This document shows, piece by piece, positions 6,572-17,178 of a DNA stretch of 64,000 nucleotides (positions are counted from its first letter, which is position 1; every line of letters begins with the position of its first letter). A program made the position numbers and the translations under genes. The stretch lies in sequence record PV340851.1; one strand, given 5' to 3'. The notes beneath the pieces are model-generated. The model did no database searches and was not told where the DNA came from. It saw only the letters and a list, made by a program, of their open reading frames with translations.

Positions 6572-9500
6572 ATGGCAGATACTAGAAGAATATCTACTCT
6601 TATTGAGAATCAACTGCCTGAGTTTATTTCTTCCGACTATGAAAATTTTACAAAGGTCGTCGAAAAATATTACGAGCAATTAGAATCTCCAGGTCAACCC
6701 CTTGATGTAATCCAAAACATCACGAAGTATCGTGATATCGATTACTATGAGAAAAATCTTCTAAGCGAGTCATCTACACTAGTATCCAGCATTACCGCCG
6801 CGGCCACTAGTGTTACTCTTGCTGATGCATCGTCTTTTCCATCTGAGAATGGATATATCAAAATTGATGACGAAATTATCTTCTACCAGAATAGAGAAGG
6901 TAATGTATTGCAAAATTGCTCCAGAGGTGTCTCTGGCAATACTAAACTAGGTGATCTCTACGAATCTAGTAACTTTGTCACAACCGCCGCGGCCGAGCAC
7001 GTTGGTGGAGCAAACGTACAGAATATTAGTAATCTTTTTCTGTATGCCATTGTAAAAAACTTTGAGTCTGACTATCTTGCATCATTCCCAGAGAAATATC
7101 TTAAGAGTGATGTAGACAAGCGCACTCTAATTAAAAATATTAGTGACTTCTATCAGGCAAAGGGCACTGATAGGTCAATTAAGTTTGTTTTCAACACTCT
7201 GATATCGAAATCAGATAAAGACAAACCTGAAATTATCAGTCCTAAGGACTTCACCCTCAAGACATCTACATCGGATTGGATCACATCCTATTCGCTGAAA
7301 GTCCTTGTGCTGCAAGGGGATCCGAGGACTCTAGTCGGCAAAGAGATCATTCAGCAACTAGATCCGTTCAATGAGAACGTTGGATTCGCATCTGCGGTAG
7401 TTGACAATGTATTTGGTGCGGGTGGTGATCTATATCAGATTGCACTTGACACATCTACAATCAACAACCTGTTCGATATTGCGTCTGTTACGGAACTAAC
7501 GGAGAACTTTACTCCAGGAATGGGTCCTGGTGACCGTGTTAATGTAGATTCTACTCTGGGATGGAACGAACAAGGTAGATTCCTGATCGGCAATGAGGAA
7601 TTTAGATATCTTGATAAGAATATCACGCAGTTTGTTATCGAACAGCGTAGTAATAATGTTGTCTACAGTGCAGGCACTCCAGTATACAGTTATAGTACCG
7701 TAACTTCTGGTGATGTCAAGCTTCTAGTTACTGGTGTACTGTATAATCTAAATCCCAAGTATGCTGCTCCTTACTCCGAAGAGGGAGATCTTATTGAGAG
7801 TATTGAGAAAGGATTTGATACTAGAGATCCTAAGATCATTGCAACTGGATCTAAGAATACCAGATGGATCTTTAGTTCCACTAATGCTTCTTCCAATAAT
7901 GCAGGAATTGATCTACAGATCAATAAACTCAAAGCAGGTGTCCAGGGTATCTTTGAAGATGAGAACTATTACTACATTTGTTCTAATGGTTTCCCCACTA
8001 GACCAATTCTCAAGACAGATACTACAGGATTGCTGAGAGAACAAAAATTACTGAAACTGATTCGTAAAGTTGCACAGACTACAACAGAACTGTATTACAC
8101 CACTCAACGTGATGTTGGTATTTTTGTTGATGGCACTATTGCATATAGTCATAAAGACTTTGAACAAGTTAAGTTTGGTCCTGTCAACAAATTCCATATT
8201 ACCTCTAGAGGTGATGGTTATCAGGACCCACCTGTTGTTTTGATTAACAATGTTCCTGGTAAGGCGCGTGCTACGCTGTCTGGTGAAATTCTGCAAGAGA
8301 TCGATACTATCGACACAACAAACTATACTACTCCTCCCGAAGTTACAATTACTTCTGGTCGTGGTGGTAAAGCGTCTGCTGTCGTCACACAGGGCAAAAT
8401 CACAAGTTTGAGAATTGATAACCCTGGTGAGCACTATACTACACCTCCTACTGTTCGTATTATCGACAGAATGGGTAAAGGTAGATTTGCTGAATTTAAG
8501 ACCATCATTGAAGATGGAAAAATTGTTAATTTTGAATTGGTAGATGGTGGTAAGTTCTACACACGTAGAAATGTAATTATCGATATTTTGTCTGTTGGAT
8601 CTGGCGCTGCTGCAACGTCTGATATTGTTACTTGGACAAAAGACAGATACAAGAAATTGACCGATAAGTTGGATTCTAATAATGGTTACTACTTCGTAAA
8701 CTATAATCCTGACCGAGGTAATGGTTATGGTGTTTGTGCAACACCAACTCAACTGTGTCAAGACTTAAATGACGATGGATCTAATCACTCCCCTATTCTT
8801 GGATTTGCATATGATGGCAATCCAATCTATGGTCAATATGGTTATAGAGATCCTCTAGACAATACTAGTGCAATTTCTAAATTGAAATCTGCATATGTTC
8901 TGAAATCAAATCGCCTTGGTGGTCCTAGCAAAGTCGAATATCCACTTGGTACATTCATCGAAGATTATGAGTGGATACCAAGTGTAGAGACTGGTAAATT
9001 GGAGTTGGATGAAAATAATGGTCGTTATTGTGTAACGCCAGAATATCCTAATGGAACATATGCCTACTTTACTACAGTTGATGACGAAGGTGTTCCAGCA
9101 TTCCCATACCTCCTAGGCGAGAAATATTACTCATTGCCTGTTGATTCTAACTATAATGCTGATCTAACCCAACAGAATGTTCCATTCAATGCCAAGAGGT
9201 ACAATACCCAGGATGGCATTTCTAATGGTTCTGGTACACTACTGAAAATCAAATCTACATCTTCTGGTAGTGTTAATGGTGTTACAGTAAGCGATTCACC
9301 TGACAATTTTAAGGTAGGCAATAAGTTTGTTGTTGATAACAGGAGAACCGAAGGTTTTGGTGCTTCTGCATTCGTTAGTGAAGTTACTGGCAGAACTATT
9401 GTGTCTCTGGACAGTAAATCATTAGATCCTACTAATCCACATACAGTAGCATACCTCAGATTGATTTCTCCTGCTTATCTGTTTGAGAATGACACTATTA

Positions 9501-12500
9501 CTCAGGAAGATTCTAATTTTACAGGTAGAGTGATCGGTGACATTACTAATGGCAATGATTTTGTCTTGGATAGAATTACTGGTACATATGTACCAGGAAA
9601 GAAACTGAACTCAGATTCTACTATTCTAAGTCTCCTTCTAGATAAAAATTCTTTCTATACTTCTCAGTCTGTCTTGTCACTTACCGATGGTGATGATAGT
9701 ATCCTTGGTACAGGCAGAATTCTTGAATTGGTAAGTAATCAGAACACTGTCAAGATTGAACTGCTGACAGGTACGTTTACTGTGCCTGAAGATTCGGAAG
9801 TAGACTATTATCTACAAAGCAATACTTTAGGAGACACTGTTGGTTCTCAAGTAATTACTCAGACTGAATTGAGTAAGAATTTAGAAGCATTCTCATATGA
9901 TGATAACATTGCACTAATTGAAACTGATGTAGAGCATAACGTCGGTATTGGAAGTCAAGTAGATATTAAACTTGATCCCGATGTAGCACAAACAACAACA
10001 GAATACTATGTCAGAAAACGTTTTTATCAGGAACTGATTCTGGATGCACCTAATTTTAATTCTACATTGAAAGACAGTGGTGTTGGTAGAGGTATCTTGC
10101 TTAATGGTGGTCTAGGATATACTGCTAACACTTATACTGATGTTGAACTAATCTTCTTTGATCAAAGTAAGATCAGAAATGGCATTGGTGCTCCTGGCGA
10201 CGAAAATAATGCCAGAGCAACTATTGTTGTTAGTGACTTTGGTGGAACTGGTTATGGTAGCGTTTCGGTATATACATTTACCAACAAAGGAAAGAATTAC
10301 ATCAAAGGTGATGTTCTTACCGTTGCTGATACCGACCTTCTTAGAAATCCTGCAGAACTTTCTTCACAGAGACTTGCTATTGATGTAGATCATGTAGGTC
10401 TATCAAAGCAGGACACTGTTCTTACTATTAATCAAGTTAATAAACTATCTACTGATGACTTGCTGCAGATTGATAGCGAAATTGTTAAAGTTACTGAGAT
10501 TAATGATATTGCAAGAACAATTACTGTACAGAGAGGTGCAGAGGGCAGTAGAGTCGTAGATCACTATGATGGTGCTCGTCTCAGTCTCTATTCTGGCAAA
10601 TATAGATTCGACGCTAACTCCAGACCACTAGGTGCTGGTGTAGACAATCCAGTTGTAATTAGTTACGACGATGTTACTCAGAAAATTGTTTTGGCATTTG
10701 ATTATGCTTCTACAAGTCCTAAAGTAGCAACGTTTAGTAGTATCTTCCAGGATGATAGCACACCTTCCAAGACTATTGATATTTCTAGTGTAGATCCAGG
10801 TGAGTATCGCCTTGAGTTCTCTAAAGATGTCAACTTTGCTACGTTTGAGGCAAACACCGATATCAGAATTCAGAAATACTATCGCTACAAGTTTGACACT
10901 AGTCACTCTTCGATGCTAGGTGTATTCCTTGACTTCTCTGCTAGTAGACAGGGTAACTTGTTCACCGAAGAGAAAGAAGTCAGTGGCATTCAACCTGGCA
11001 ACGCAGGGTCTTTTGTTTCTTTGACTTTAGGTTTTGGTCCTGCTATTGTTGGTGCTCCACAAAAAAGATTCCCTGTCAACTTTGACACATACTACTACTT
11101 TATCAAGGCAGGTAGTGATGTCAATACTGATAATGCTGCTCTTAAAGTTATTGATGATCCTCTAGCAGGTCTTAAGAGTGCATTATTCACTACACCTAAG
11201 AAATTTGCATATAGTATTCCTGAAATACCTGATTATGATGGTAAAGGAACGATTTCTTATAATACTACTTCTGTATTTGCAGAAGGTAAAATTGTTTCGG
11301 CATCTATTGATAATCTAGGTGAAGAATATAAGCGTACACCTATTATTAGTGGATGCTTGATTTCTTCTGATAATGAGGCAAGTATTACTTCTACAATTGA
11401 TACTATTACAGGATCAATTGCCACACTTACATTAAATTATGGTGGTATTGGTTATGTAAATCCCAAAGCGATTGTCACTAATGGCGATGGTCAAGGTGCT
11501 GAGTTTAAGGTATACCATGAGTATGGTAGAGTAACAAGAATCGATCTAGTTTCTGGTGGAACAGGATTTACCTATCCTCCTACTGTGTCTGTTTACGAAG
11601 AAAATGTACAGGCATACTTTACATCATCAACTATTGGTGTTCCTAAGGATATCAACATTATTTCCAATGGTGGAAACTTCCATAACGATAAAACCATCGA
11701 GACCACATATCGTTCTGCATATGCTGTCATTGTCGATGGTGATATTCCTAAGTTCTTTGCTGGTGAGCGTGTAGTCCAGAAACTTCCCAATGGATCTGTA
11801 TTCTTCAGTGCAGAAATTGCCAAGAAGGGATGGAGAAAAGGATCTAACATCGTTCGTCTACAGAAAGTTTCGGGTGTTATCGATCCAAACGTTTCTTTAG
11901 TTTCTGTTCTTGATCCATCTAGAAACGTTAATATCGATCAAGTTCTTTATACAGAATATGAAGCAGATGTCAGAACATACTATGACAACATGGGTCGTTT
12001 TGCATCTGATAGAGGTAAGATCAGCAGCAGATCTCAAAGACTGACTGACTCTTTCTTCTACCAAGACTATTCTTATATGATTCAGTCTAGGACTCCCATC
12101 AATGTGTGGAGAGACCTGATCAAGCAGACTACACACCCTGCAGGTTTCCAACTGTTTGGTGAAGTTCTTATTGACACTAAGCAGTCAATTGAGATGCCGT
12201 TGGTACAAGAACCAACTACTAGTATCACAATTATTGAACTGCCTAAGGTTACTATTTCTTCTGAGTACAAATCTACAGTTGTTGTTAATAGTCTAATCAC
12301 ACTTCACGATTTGAATGTTCGTCGTGGTGTTGGTTCTATTTCTATTGATGAGTATGACACCGAAGGTATCCTTTCTAAGGAACTAATTCTGCAGCAGGAA
12401 TTTGATGGTCGCTATGCTACTAAGGAAGATTATATAGGTCCTATTGCAGCAACTACCGAAGCAGGAATTGCTGGAGGAAGTTTTGTATATGTTGCTTTGG

Positions 12501-15500
12501 GCAGTGCGCTTTCAGTTGCACCTGGGCAGTATGCTCACTGGATCACATTTAAAATGCTTAGCAACAGTGACAGTCAACCTGCCACTGGACCTTTCATTGG
12601 TGCAGGCATCTCACCTGACCAATATTGGGATAGTAATGCTAATTTTAATATCTTACCTGATGATGAGTATAAAACCAATGGATCTGGCAAATTCGATCTA
12701 AGCAAGATCGATCAAATGACCATTGGTTATATTCCTAATTTTGGACAAATCGATCAATCTGCTCCTGCTGCTGATGTAAACGCATTTACATTTGGTGCAT
12801 TAATTAGATCTACAGAATCTGACATTTCTGAAATTGCATCTGATTTTAAAGTTGGAGATCAAATCACTTTCTATGAGAATGCATCATCATTCATTACAGT
12901 TGAAGTTGTATTGGTAGATGCTCCTGCATATGATCCTTTGCTTGGAATCAAAGGAAATGGCAATGTAATTGGCAGAAGAACATTTACTCTATTAGATAGA
13001 GCAAACAACTTGCCATATAATCCATATAATGAGCAGGAAGTATTCCTGACACTGAATGGTGTTGCACAAGAACCTAAGAAATCGTTCATAATTTCTGGTA
13101 GTCAGATTACATTCTCTCATGCACCACTAGGACGACAGTATCCTATTACTGGTCAAGATCTTGATGACACATATACCACTGATCCCACTAAATTCCTCTG
13201 CCGCGCATTCAAGTTTAAGAATGATACGTTTAATAGCAGATATCTAAGAAAACTACAGGACATCTCTCCCCAGTTTGATGGTATCACTACAGAATTTGAT
13301 CTCTATTGGGATGATGGTAGCATTGTCAAAGCAGCTGGAGGAGAGAAGTTCCTTATCTTTATGAATGGTGTATTACAAAGAGCAAGAAAGTTTGCTGATA
13401 CTCCTCTTGGCAATGCATACTATATTAAGAAAAGAACTGAAGATAGTCAACCAGATTCTATTGTATTTGCTGAGGCACCAAGAAACTTTGCAGATGATCT
13501 GAATGATGTTCCACTACAACTAGATCAAAGAGAGATGTTCTTTGGTTATAGTGTAGGTTCTTATGACAGATTTGTTATTGATGATCGTCTTATTCCATAT
13601 AGAGGCACTGGTCCATATCTAATCTTCGACGAAGTTGAAAACACTGTCAAGAATATTACTGATGCTAGATTTGCATACGTCTTTGTAGATGGCGTCATGC
13701 AAAGTCCTGATGCATATATCTTGAATGGTCCTAACATTACGTTCCGTGATAATCTAATCAAGTTTGTACCAGAGACTGGCGAATCTATTGCTAGTAAAGT
13801 TGATATTATCTCTCTGTATGGTAGAGACGTTCCCAAGACTCTATCGTTCTATGATTTTGACAGAACTGGATATACCAACGAACTAACTATCAAACTTGAG
13901 CGTAAAATCACTAGTCCTAACGGTACTGATGAGTATCTTGCCTTCCAGAATGATTATAATAGATTTGATCCTAGTTCACCTAAGAACTTGTTTACTATCA
14001 CCCCTGATGGTAGAAGAAGACTGATTGGTAAGTTTGACTCGATTAGATTTGATGAACTAGCAGATGGTACTTCTAATGGTCTATCCAAACCTGATGTTGT
14101 TGCAAACAAAATAACAATCAAAGCATTGAATGCAGCAAATATTGATTTTGCAGAACTATCCTACGACCCTGTTACAGACGATCTAACTAATGATCGTGTC
14201 AGTTCTTTGTATCTAACGAACAAATCTGACTTTAGTGATTCTATTAGTCTTAATAGACTAAACCAAGAATATTCTATTGACATTACATATAAGACTGATG
14301 ATGAGGGTCTTAGAGAACTAACCAGAGATCTTCCTGGTTGGTTGCGTGGATCTGACGTTGGCGATAGAGCATATGATATCAAGTATGAATTGATTTCTGA
14401 TATTGCACCAGGAGACCAGATTTTGGTTGATGGTGAGAGTGAACCTAGATTGATTCAGTCTATTCCTAATGCAGCAACATCCAGAAACTTTAGAAATGGT
14501 GAGACTGCTAAGTATGAGCACTTTGCAAAAGTTGAAGCAACTAACTACAATGGTCTTATTAGAGGTGAAGGTCTGAGTGTTACCTGTACTATCAGTGATG
14601 GTAAAGTTAACAGCGTTGGATTCAGTGACCTAGAATGGAACAAGAGAGATCTGAAACTATTCTTTGATACTGGCATTCTGCTACAACCTACTGCATATCA
14701 ATACTTCATTCCTCCCCAGATCAAGTTTGTTGCTGAGGACGGAAACGGTGGTGGTGCAAAGGCAGAAGTTATTTGTGTCAATGGTCAGGTTCTAGATGTT
14801 GTTCTGACTGATTCTGGTGATGGATATACATCTCCTCCTAAGGCAATTGTAACCAGAGGTTATGATGTTATCAGGAAACCAACCAGAGTAATCAGCAGTA
14901 CCTATGGTATTACTGTTGGTACACAGGTTGCTAGTGGTGGTTCTCTATCTGTTGTACAAACAGAAATTGCTCTGTTTAGTGAAGGTGCTTCTTCTGGTAT
15001 CTTCTCTATCATTTCTTTTGGTGGTCTGGCAGGTGCTAAGACTTCACTAGATTCCCAAAAGACTACAGAGATTCACCACGCAGGTATTGAGGCAGGTTCT
15101 GAACTACGTCCTAATACAGGTCAGATTGCGGTCAAGCGTCCAGTTGCTAGTGACGTTTCTCAGGCAACTGTACCTGGAACAACACAACTACTCATTACAT
15201 GTAGTATTGTTCCTCCTTCTATCACTGCGATCTCTACTATTGAGACTCAAGAACTCAATATTGATCTGGAGATTGAGATCAACAGACCTGGCGTATACCT
15301 CTTCGATTCCGAAGCATACAGTGCAACTGGTGCATTCTTGGATTCTGCTCTGTCTCCAACTGCAACTACAGTATACGTTGCCAACACTTCTCTGTTCCCA
15401 TCAGAAGGCAAACTACAGATTGGTAAAGAAATCGTATCTTACAAGTCTACCTTGTTCGATAGATTCATGGAAGTCGAGCGTGGTGTTGATGGTTCTGTCG

Positions 15501-16579
15501 CTCAGGCACATCCTGGTGGTCAGTATCTCAGAACTCTACCCGAATTCACCACTGTCATACCTGCTGGGGTCGAGACTATCGTTCACAGTGAGGTCTCTGT
15601 TGCATCTGGTGAAATCAAAGTCATCGAGCAGAAAGGAACTAAGGTCATTGAAAGTGCAGTCTCCTTTGAGGATAGACTCACTGAAATCACTATCAGACAT
15701 GAAGAAATCAATGTTATTCATAGTCTGTCCGTTCTTCCTGTTCTCTCCGCTTCTTACTGGAGCAGTGAATCCAACACTGTCAGAATGGAGAACGCTGAAC
15801 TGGATGTTCATACTACTACAGTTCAATCTATCCAAACTGTCGAACAGGCATCTGATCGTATCTTCGAGTTTACCAGAAGACATGAAGAAATTGATGTTGT
15901 TCTAGACTATGAGATTCAAGAAGAGATCATAATCATTCCTCCCACCACACAACTTAATGGTGGTAGTGAAGCACAGGCATTCTCCGAGGTCAGCTTTGCT
16001 CAAGGTGGTCTTGCTGAGAACGTTACCGATAGTATCGTTACAACTTCGACTGAAACTACAGTTATTACTTCTGAGACTAACGTCGAACTGATTACTACTC
16101 TACAGGTAGGAACACAGATCACTAAGTTTGATGGATTTGCCACTATTACTGCTATTCCTTCTGTAGTAGCAGAACCTACATCTGAAATCTATGTGAATGT
16201 TGCTCCTAGCATGAAGAGCATGAATTCCTTGGTAACCAGTAGTGTTGCTACAGTAATTCTTGCTACAGATGCATCTGCAGCAGTTGACTTTGCAAGAGGT
16301 GCAGATGGTGGTATCCTAGGCGGTTCTTCGGAATCTGGACCTAGGAATACTAACCCAATTCTACCTGTAGAGATGATTTCTACGGTAGTTACAGTTATCG
16401 AAACCAATGTAGACCACACTGCAGGTGGAATTGAGTCTACATATAGTGTACGTTCTCACCTCACTGAGCATGAAGGACGTGACAAACCTGCAGATATCAT
16501 GCTCCAGAGACAGACTGGTGTCATTGACTTCTTCACCGAACTTGTCGTACTAGAAACATCTATTGTAACTAGAAACTAA
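6572..16579 (+). CDS. gp7: Giant baseplate wedge initiator gp7-like protein (3335 aa)
   Basis: Lies between gp6 and gp8. N-terminal IENQLPEFI..DY..F, YQAKGT..SIKFVF and late FFYQDYSYMI.S...W...K...HPAGF motifs; a YHYH-like HSPILGFAYDGNPIYG..LDE.NGR..VTPEYP.G.YAYF segment. Confidence 0.85.
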   Translation: MADTRRISTLIENQLPEFISSDYENFTKVVEKYYEQLESPGQPLDVIQNITKYRDIDYYEKNLLSESSTLVSSITAAATSVTLADASSFPSENGYIKIDDEIIFYQNREGNVLQNCSRGVSGNTKLGDLYESSNFVTTAAAEHVGGANVQNISNLFLYAIVKNFESDYLASFPEKYLKSDVDKRTLIKNISDFYQAKGTDRSIKFVFNTLISKSDKDKPEIISPKDFTLKTSTSDWITSYSLKVLVLQGDPRTLVGKEIIQQLDPFNENVGFASAVVDNVFGAGGDLYQIALDTSTINNLFDIASVTELTENFTPGMGPGDRVNVDSTLGWNEQGRFLIGNEEFRYLDKNITQFVIEQRSNNVVYSAGTPVYSYSTVTSGDVKLLVTGVLYNLNPKYAAPYSEEGDLIESIEKGFDTRDPKIIATGSKNTRWIFSSTNASSNNAGIDLQINKLKAGVQGIFEDENYYYICSNGFPTRPILKTDTTGLLREQKLLKLIRKVAQTTTELYYTTQRDVGIFVDGTIAYSHKDFEQVKFGPVNKFHITSRGDGYQDPPVVLINNVPGKARATLSGEILQEIDTIDTTNYTTPPEVTITSGRGGKASAVVTQGKITSLRIDNPGEHYTTPPTVRIIDRMGKGRFAEFKTIIEDGKIVNFELVDGGKFYTRRNVIIDILSVGSGAAATSDIVTWTKDRYKKLTDKLDSNNGYYFVNYNPDRGNGYGVCATPTQLCQDLNDDGSNHSPILGFAYDGNPIYGQYGYRDPLDNTSAISKLKSAYVLKSNRLGGPSKVEYPLGTFIEDYEWIPSVETGKLELDENNGRYCVTPEYPNGTYAYFTTVDDEGVPAFPYLLGEKYYSLPVDSNYNADLTQQNVPFNAKRYNTQDGISNGSGTLLKIKSTSSGSVNGVTVSDSPDNFKVGNKFVVDNRRTEGFGASAFVSEVTGRTIVSLDSKSLDPTNPHTVAYLRLISPAYLFENDTITQEDSNFTGRVIGDITNGNDFVLDRITGTYVPGKKLNSDSTILSLLLDKNSFYTSQSVLSLTDGDDSILGTGRILELVSNQNTVKIELLTGTFTVPEDSEVDYYLQSNTLGDTVGSQVITQTELSKNLEAFSYDDNIALIETDVEHNVGIGSQVDIKLDPDVAQTTTEYYVRKRFYQELILDAPNFNSTLKDSGVGRGILLNGGLGYTANTYTDVELIFFDQSKIRNGIGAPGDENNARATIVVSDFGGTGYGSVSVYTFTNKGKNYIKGDVLTVADTDLLRNPAELSSQRLAIDVDHVGLSKQDTVLTINQVNKLSTDDLLQIDSEIVKVTEINDIARTITVQRGAEGSRVVDHYDGARLSLYSGKYRFDANSRPLGAGVDNPVVISYDDVTQKIVLAFDYASTSPKVATFSSIFQDDSTPSKTIDISSVDPGEYRLEFSKDVNFATFEANTDIRIQKYYRYKFDTSHSSMLGVFLDFSASRQGNLFTEEKEVSGIQPGNAGSFVSLTLGFGPAIVGAPQKRFPVNFDTYYYFIKAGSDVNTDNAALKVIDDPLAGLKSALFTTPKKFAYSIPEIPDYDGKGTISYNTTSVFAEGKIVSASIDNLGEEYKRTPIISGCLISSDNEASITSTIDTITGSIATLTLNYGGIGYVNPKAIVTNGDGQGAEFKVYHEYGRVTRIDLVSGGTGFTYPPTVSVYEENVQAYFTSSTIGVPKDINIISNGGNFHNDKTIETTYRSAYAVIVDGDIPKFFAGERVVQKLPNGSVFFSAEIAKKGWRKGSNIVRLQKVSGVIDPNVSLVSVLDPSRNVNIDQVLYTEYEADVRTYYDNMGRFASDRGKISSRSQRLTDSFFYQDYSYMIQSRTPINVWRDLIKQTTHPAGFQLFGEVLIDTKQSIEMPLVQEPTTSITIIELPKVTISSEYKSTVVVNSLITLHDLNVRRGVGSISIDEYDTEGILSKELILQQEFDGRYATKEDYIGPIAATTEAGIAGGSFVYVALGSALSVAPGQYAHWITFKMLSNSDSQPATGPFIGAGISPDQYWDSNANFNILPDDEYKTNGSGKFDLSKIDQMTIGYIPNFGQIDQSAPAADVNAFTFGALIRSTESDISEIASDFKVGDQITFYENASSFITVEVVLVDAPAYDPLLGIKGNGNVIGRRTFTLLDRANNLPYNPYNEQEVFLTLNGVAQEPKKSFIISGSQITFSHAPLGRQYPITGQDLDDTYTTDPTKFLCRAFKFKNDTFNSRYLRKLQDISPQFDGITTEFDLYWDDGSIVKAAGGEKFLIFMNGVLQRARKFADTPLGNAYYIKKRTEDSQPDSIVFAEAPRNFADDLNDVPLQLDQREMFFGYSVGSYDRFVIDDRLIPYRGTGPYLIFDEVENTVKNITDARFAYVFVDGVMQSPDAYILNGPNITFRDNLIKFVPETGESIASKVDIISLYGRDVPKTLSFYDFDRTGYTNELTIKLERKITSPNGTDEYLAFQNDYNRFDPSSPKNLFTITPDGRRRLIGKFDSIRFDELADGTSNGLSKPDVVANKITIKALNAANIDFAELSYDPVTDDLTNDRVSSLYLTNKSDFSDSISLNRLNQEYSIDITYKTDDEGLRELTRDLPGWLRGSDVGDRAYDIKYELISDIAPGDQILVDGESEPRLIQSIPNAATSRNFRNGETAKYEHFAKVEATNYNGLIRGEGLSVTCTISDGKVNSVGFSDLEWNKRDLKLFFDTGILLQPTAYQYFIPPQIKFVAEDGNGGGAKAEVICVNGQVLDVVLTDSGDGYTSPPKAIVTRGYDVIRKPTRVISSTYGITVGTQVASGGSLSVVQTEIALFSEGASSGIFSIISFGGLAGAKTSLDSQKTTEIHHAGIEAGSELRPNTGQIAVKRPVASDVSQATVPGTTQLLITCSIVPPSITAISTIETQELNIDLEIEINRPGVYLFDSEAYSATGAFLDSALSPTATTVYVANTSLFPSEGKLQIGKEIVSYKSTLFDRFMEVERGVDGSVAQAHPGGQYLRTLPEFTTVIPAGVETIVHSEVSVASGEIKVIEQKGTKVIESAVSFEDRLTEITIRHEEINVIHSLSVLPVLSASYWSSESNTVRMENAELDVHTTTVQSIQTVEQASDRIFEFTRRHEEIDVVLDYEIQEEIIIIPPTTQLNGGSEAQAFSEVSFAQGGLAENVTDSIVTTSTETTVITSETNVELITTLQVGTQITKFDGFATITAIPSVVAEPTSEIYVNVAPSMKSMNSLVTSSVATVILATDASAAVDFARGADGGILGGSSESGPRNTNPILPVEMISTVVTVIETNVDHTAGGIESTYSVRSHLTEHEGRDKPADIMLQRQTGVIDFFTELVVLETSIVTRN

Positions 16580-17112
16580 TGCCTGAACTACAATTAGCAG
16601 ATCAGTACAATGTCGTCCACAAACGTGACGGCACTACAGTTGAAGTAGGCAATTTTCGCCAGAGGATCCCTGCTGGTTTTGAATCATTTACTAGTGGTGT
16701 ATGTAACTTCACTCTTGGAGACTTTGAAAAGATCAAGTTTGAGGGTGAGCATGTAATTCATGATATCACTAGAGCATATCCGCAACTTGCTATCAAAGAT
16801 TTTGAGTTGAGACCATTCTCAGGTTTCACACTCGCTGGTGTGCATTTTAATATTGGTCCCTCAGGAATGATGATGGCAGTCACATCTGCTGCAGGAAACC
16901 AAGTATTATCTACTGATGTAGAAAATCCAGGTCCCATAAACGTAGTCACCACTAACAATTTCTATGATAGTGGTCATTTGTTTACTGGTGCTAGACAGTT
17001 GATTGAGTATACTGAAAAGGTTGACTCAACAACTTTCTTAGGATATGTAAAGACAGGCACAAACTCGCTAAATAATAATGTTGAGTTGATTCAATTCTCT
17101 GGTCCAGAATAG
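16579..17112 (+). CDS. Hypothetical protein (177 aa), possibly a detached gp7 C-terminal part
   Basis: TAATG overlap with the gp7 stop; lies within the baseplate operon. Confidence 0.7.
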   Translation: MPELQLADQYNVVHKRDGTTVEVGNFRQRIPAGFESFTSGVCNFTLGDFEKIKFEGEHVIHDITRAYPQLAIKDFELRPFSGFTLAGVHFNIGPSGMMMAVTSAAGNQVLSTDVENPGPINVVTTNNFYDSGHLFTGARQLIEYTEKVDSTTFLGYVKTGTNSLNNNVELIQFSGPE

Positions 17113-17131
17113 TGAACCAAAGATACATAAG

Positions 17132-17156
17132 TATAAATAAATCAGATTAATAAATA
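17132..17156 (+). promoter_or_regulatory. Late promoter(s) for gp8 (TATAAATA 17132-17139; AATAAATA to 17156)
   Basis: Perfect T4 late consensus in the intergenic gap. Confidence 0.85.
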
Positions 17157-17178
17157 ACGTACCACAGAGAAAACAACA

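Noticed and set aside
15087-15905. 272-aa plus-strand ORF in the +1 frame inside gp7
   Set aside because: No RBS or promoter; the Leu/Ser-rich translation is what a shifted reading of biased codons gives. Treated as a shadow ORF.
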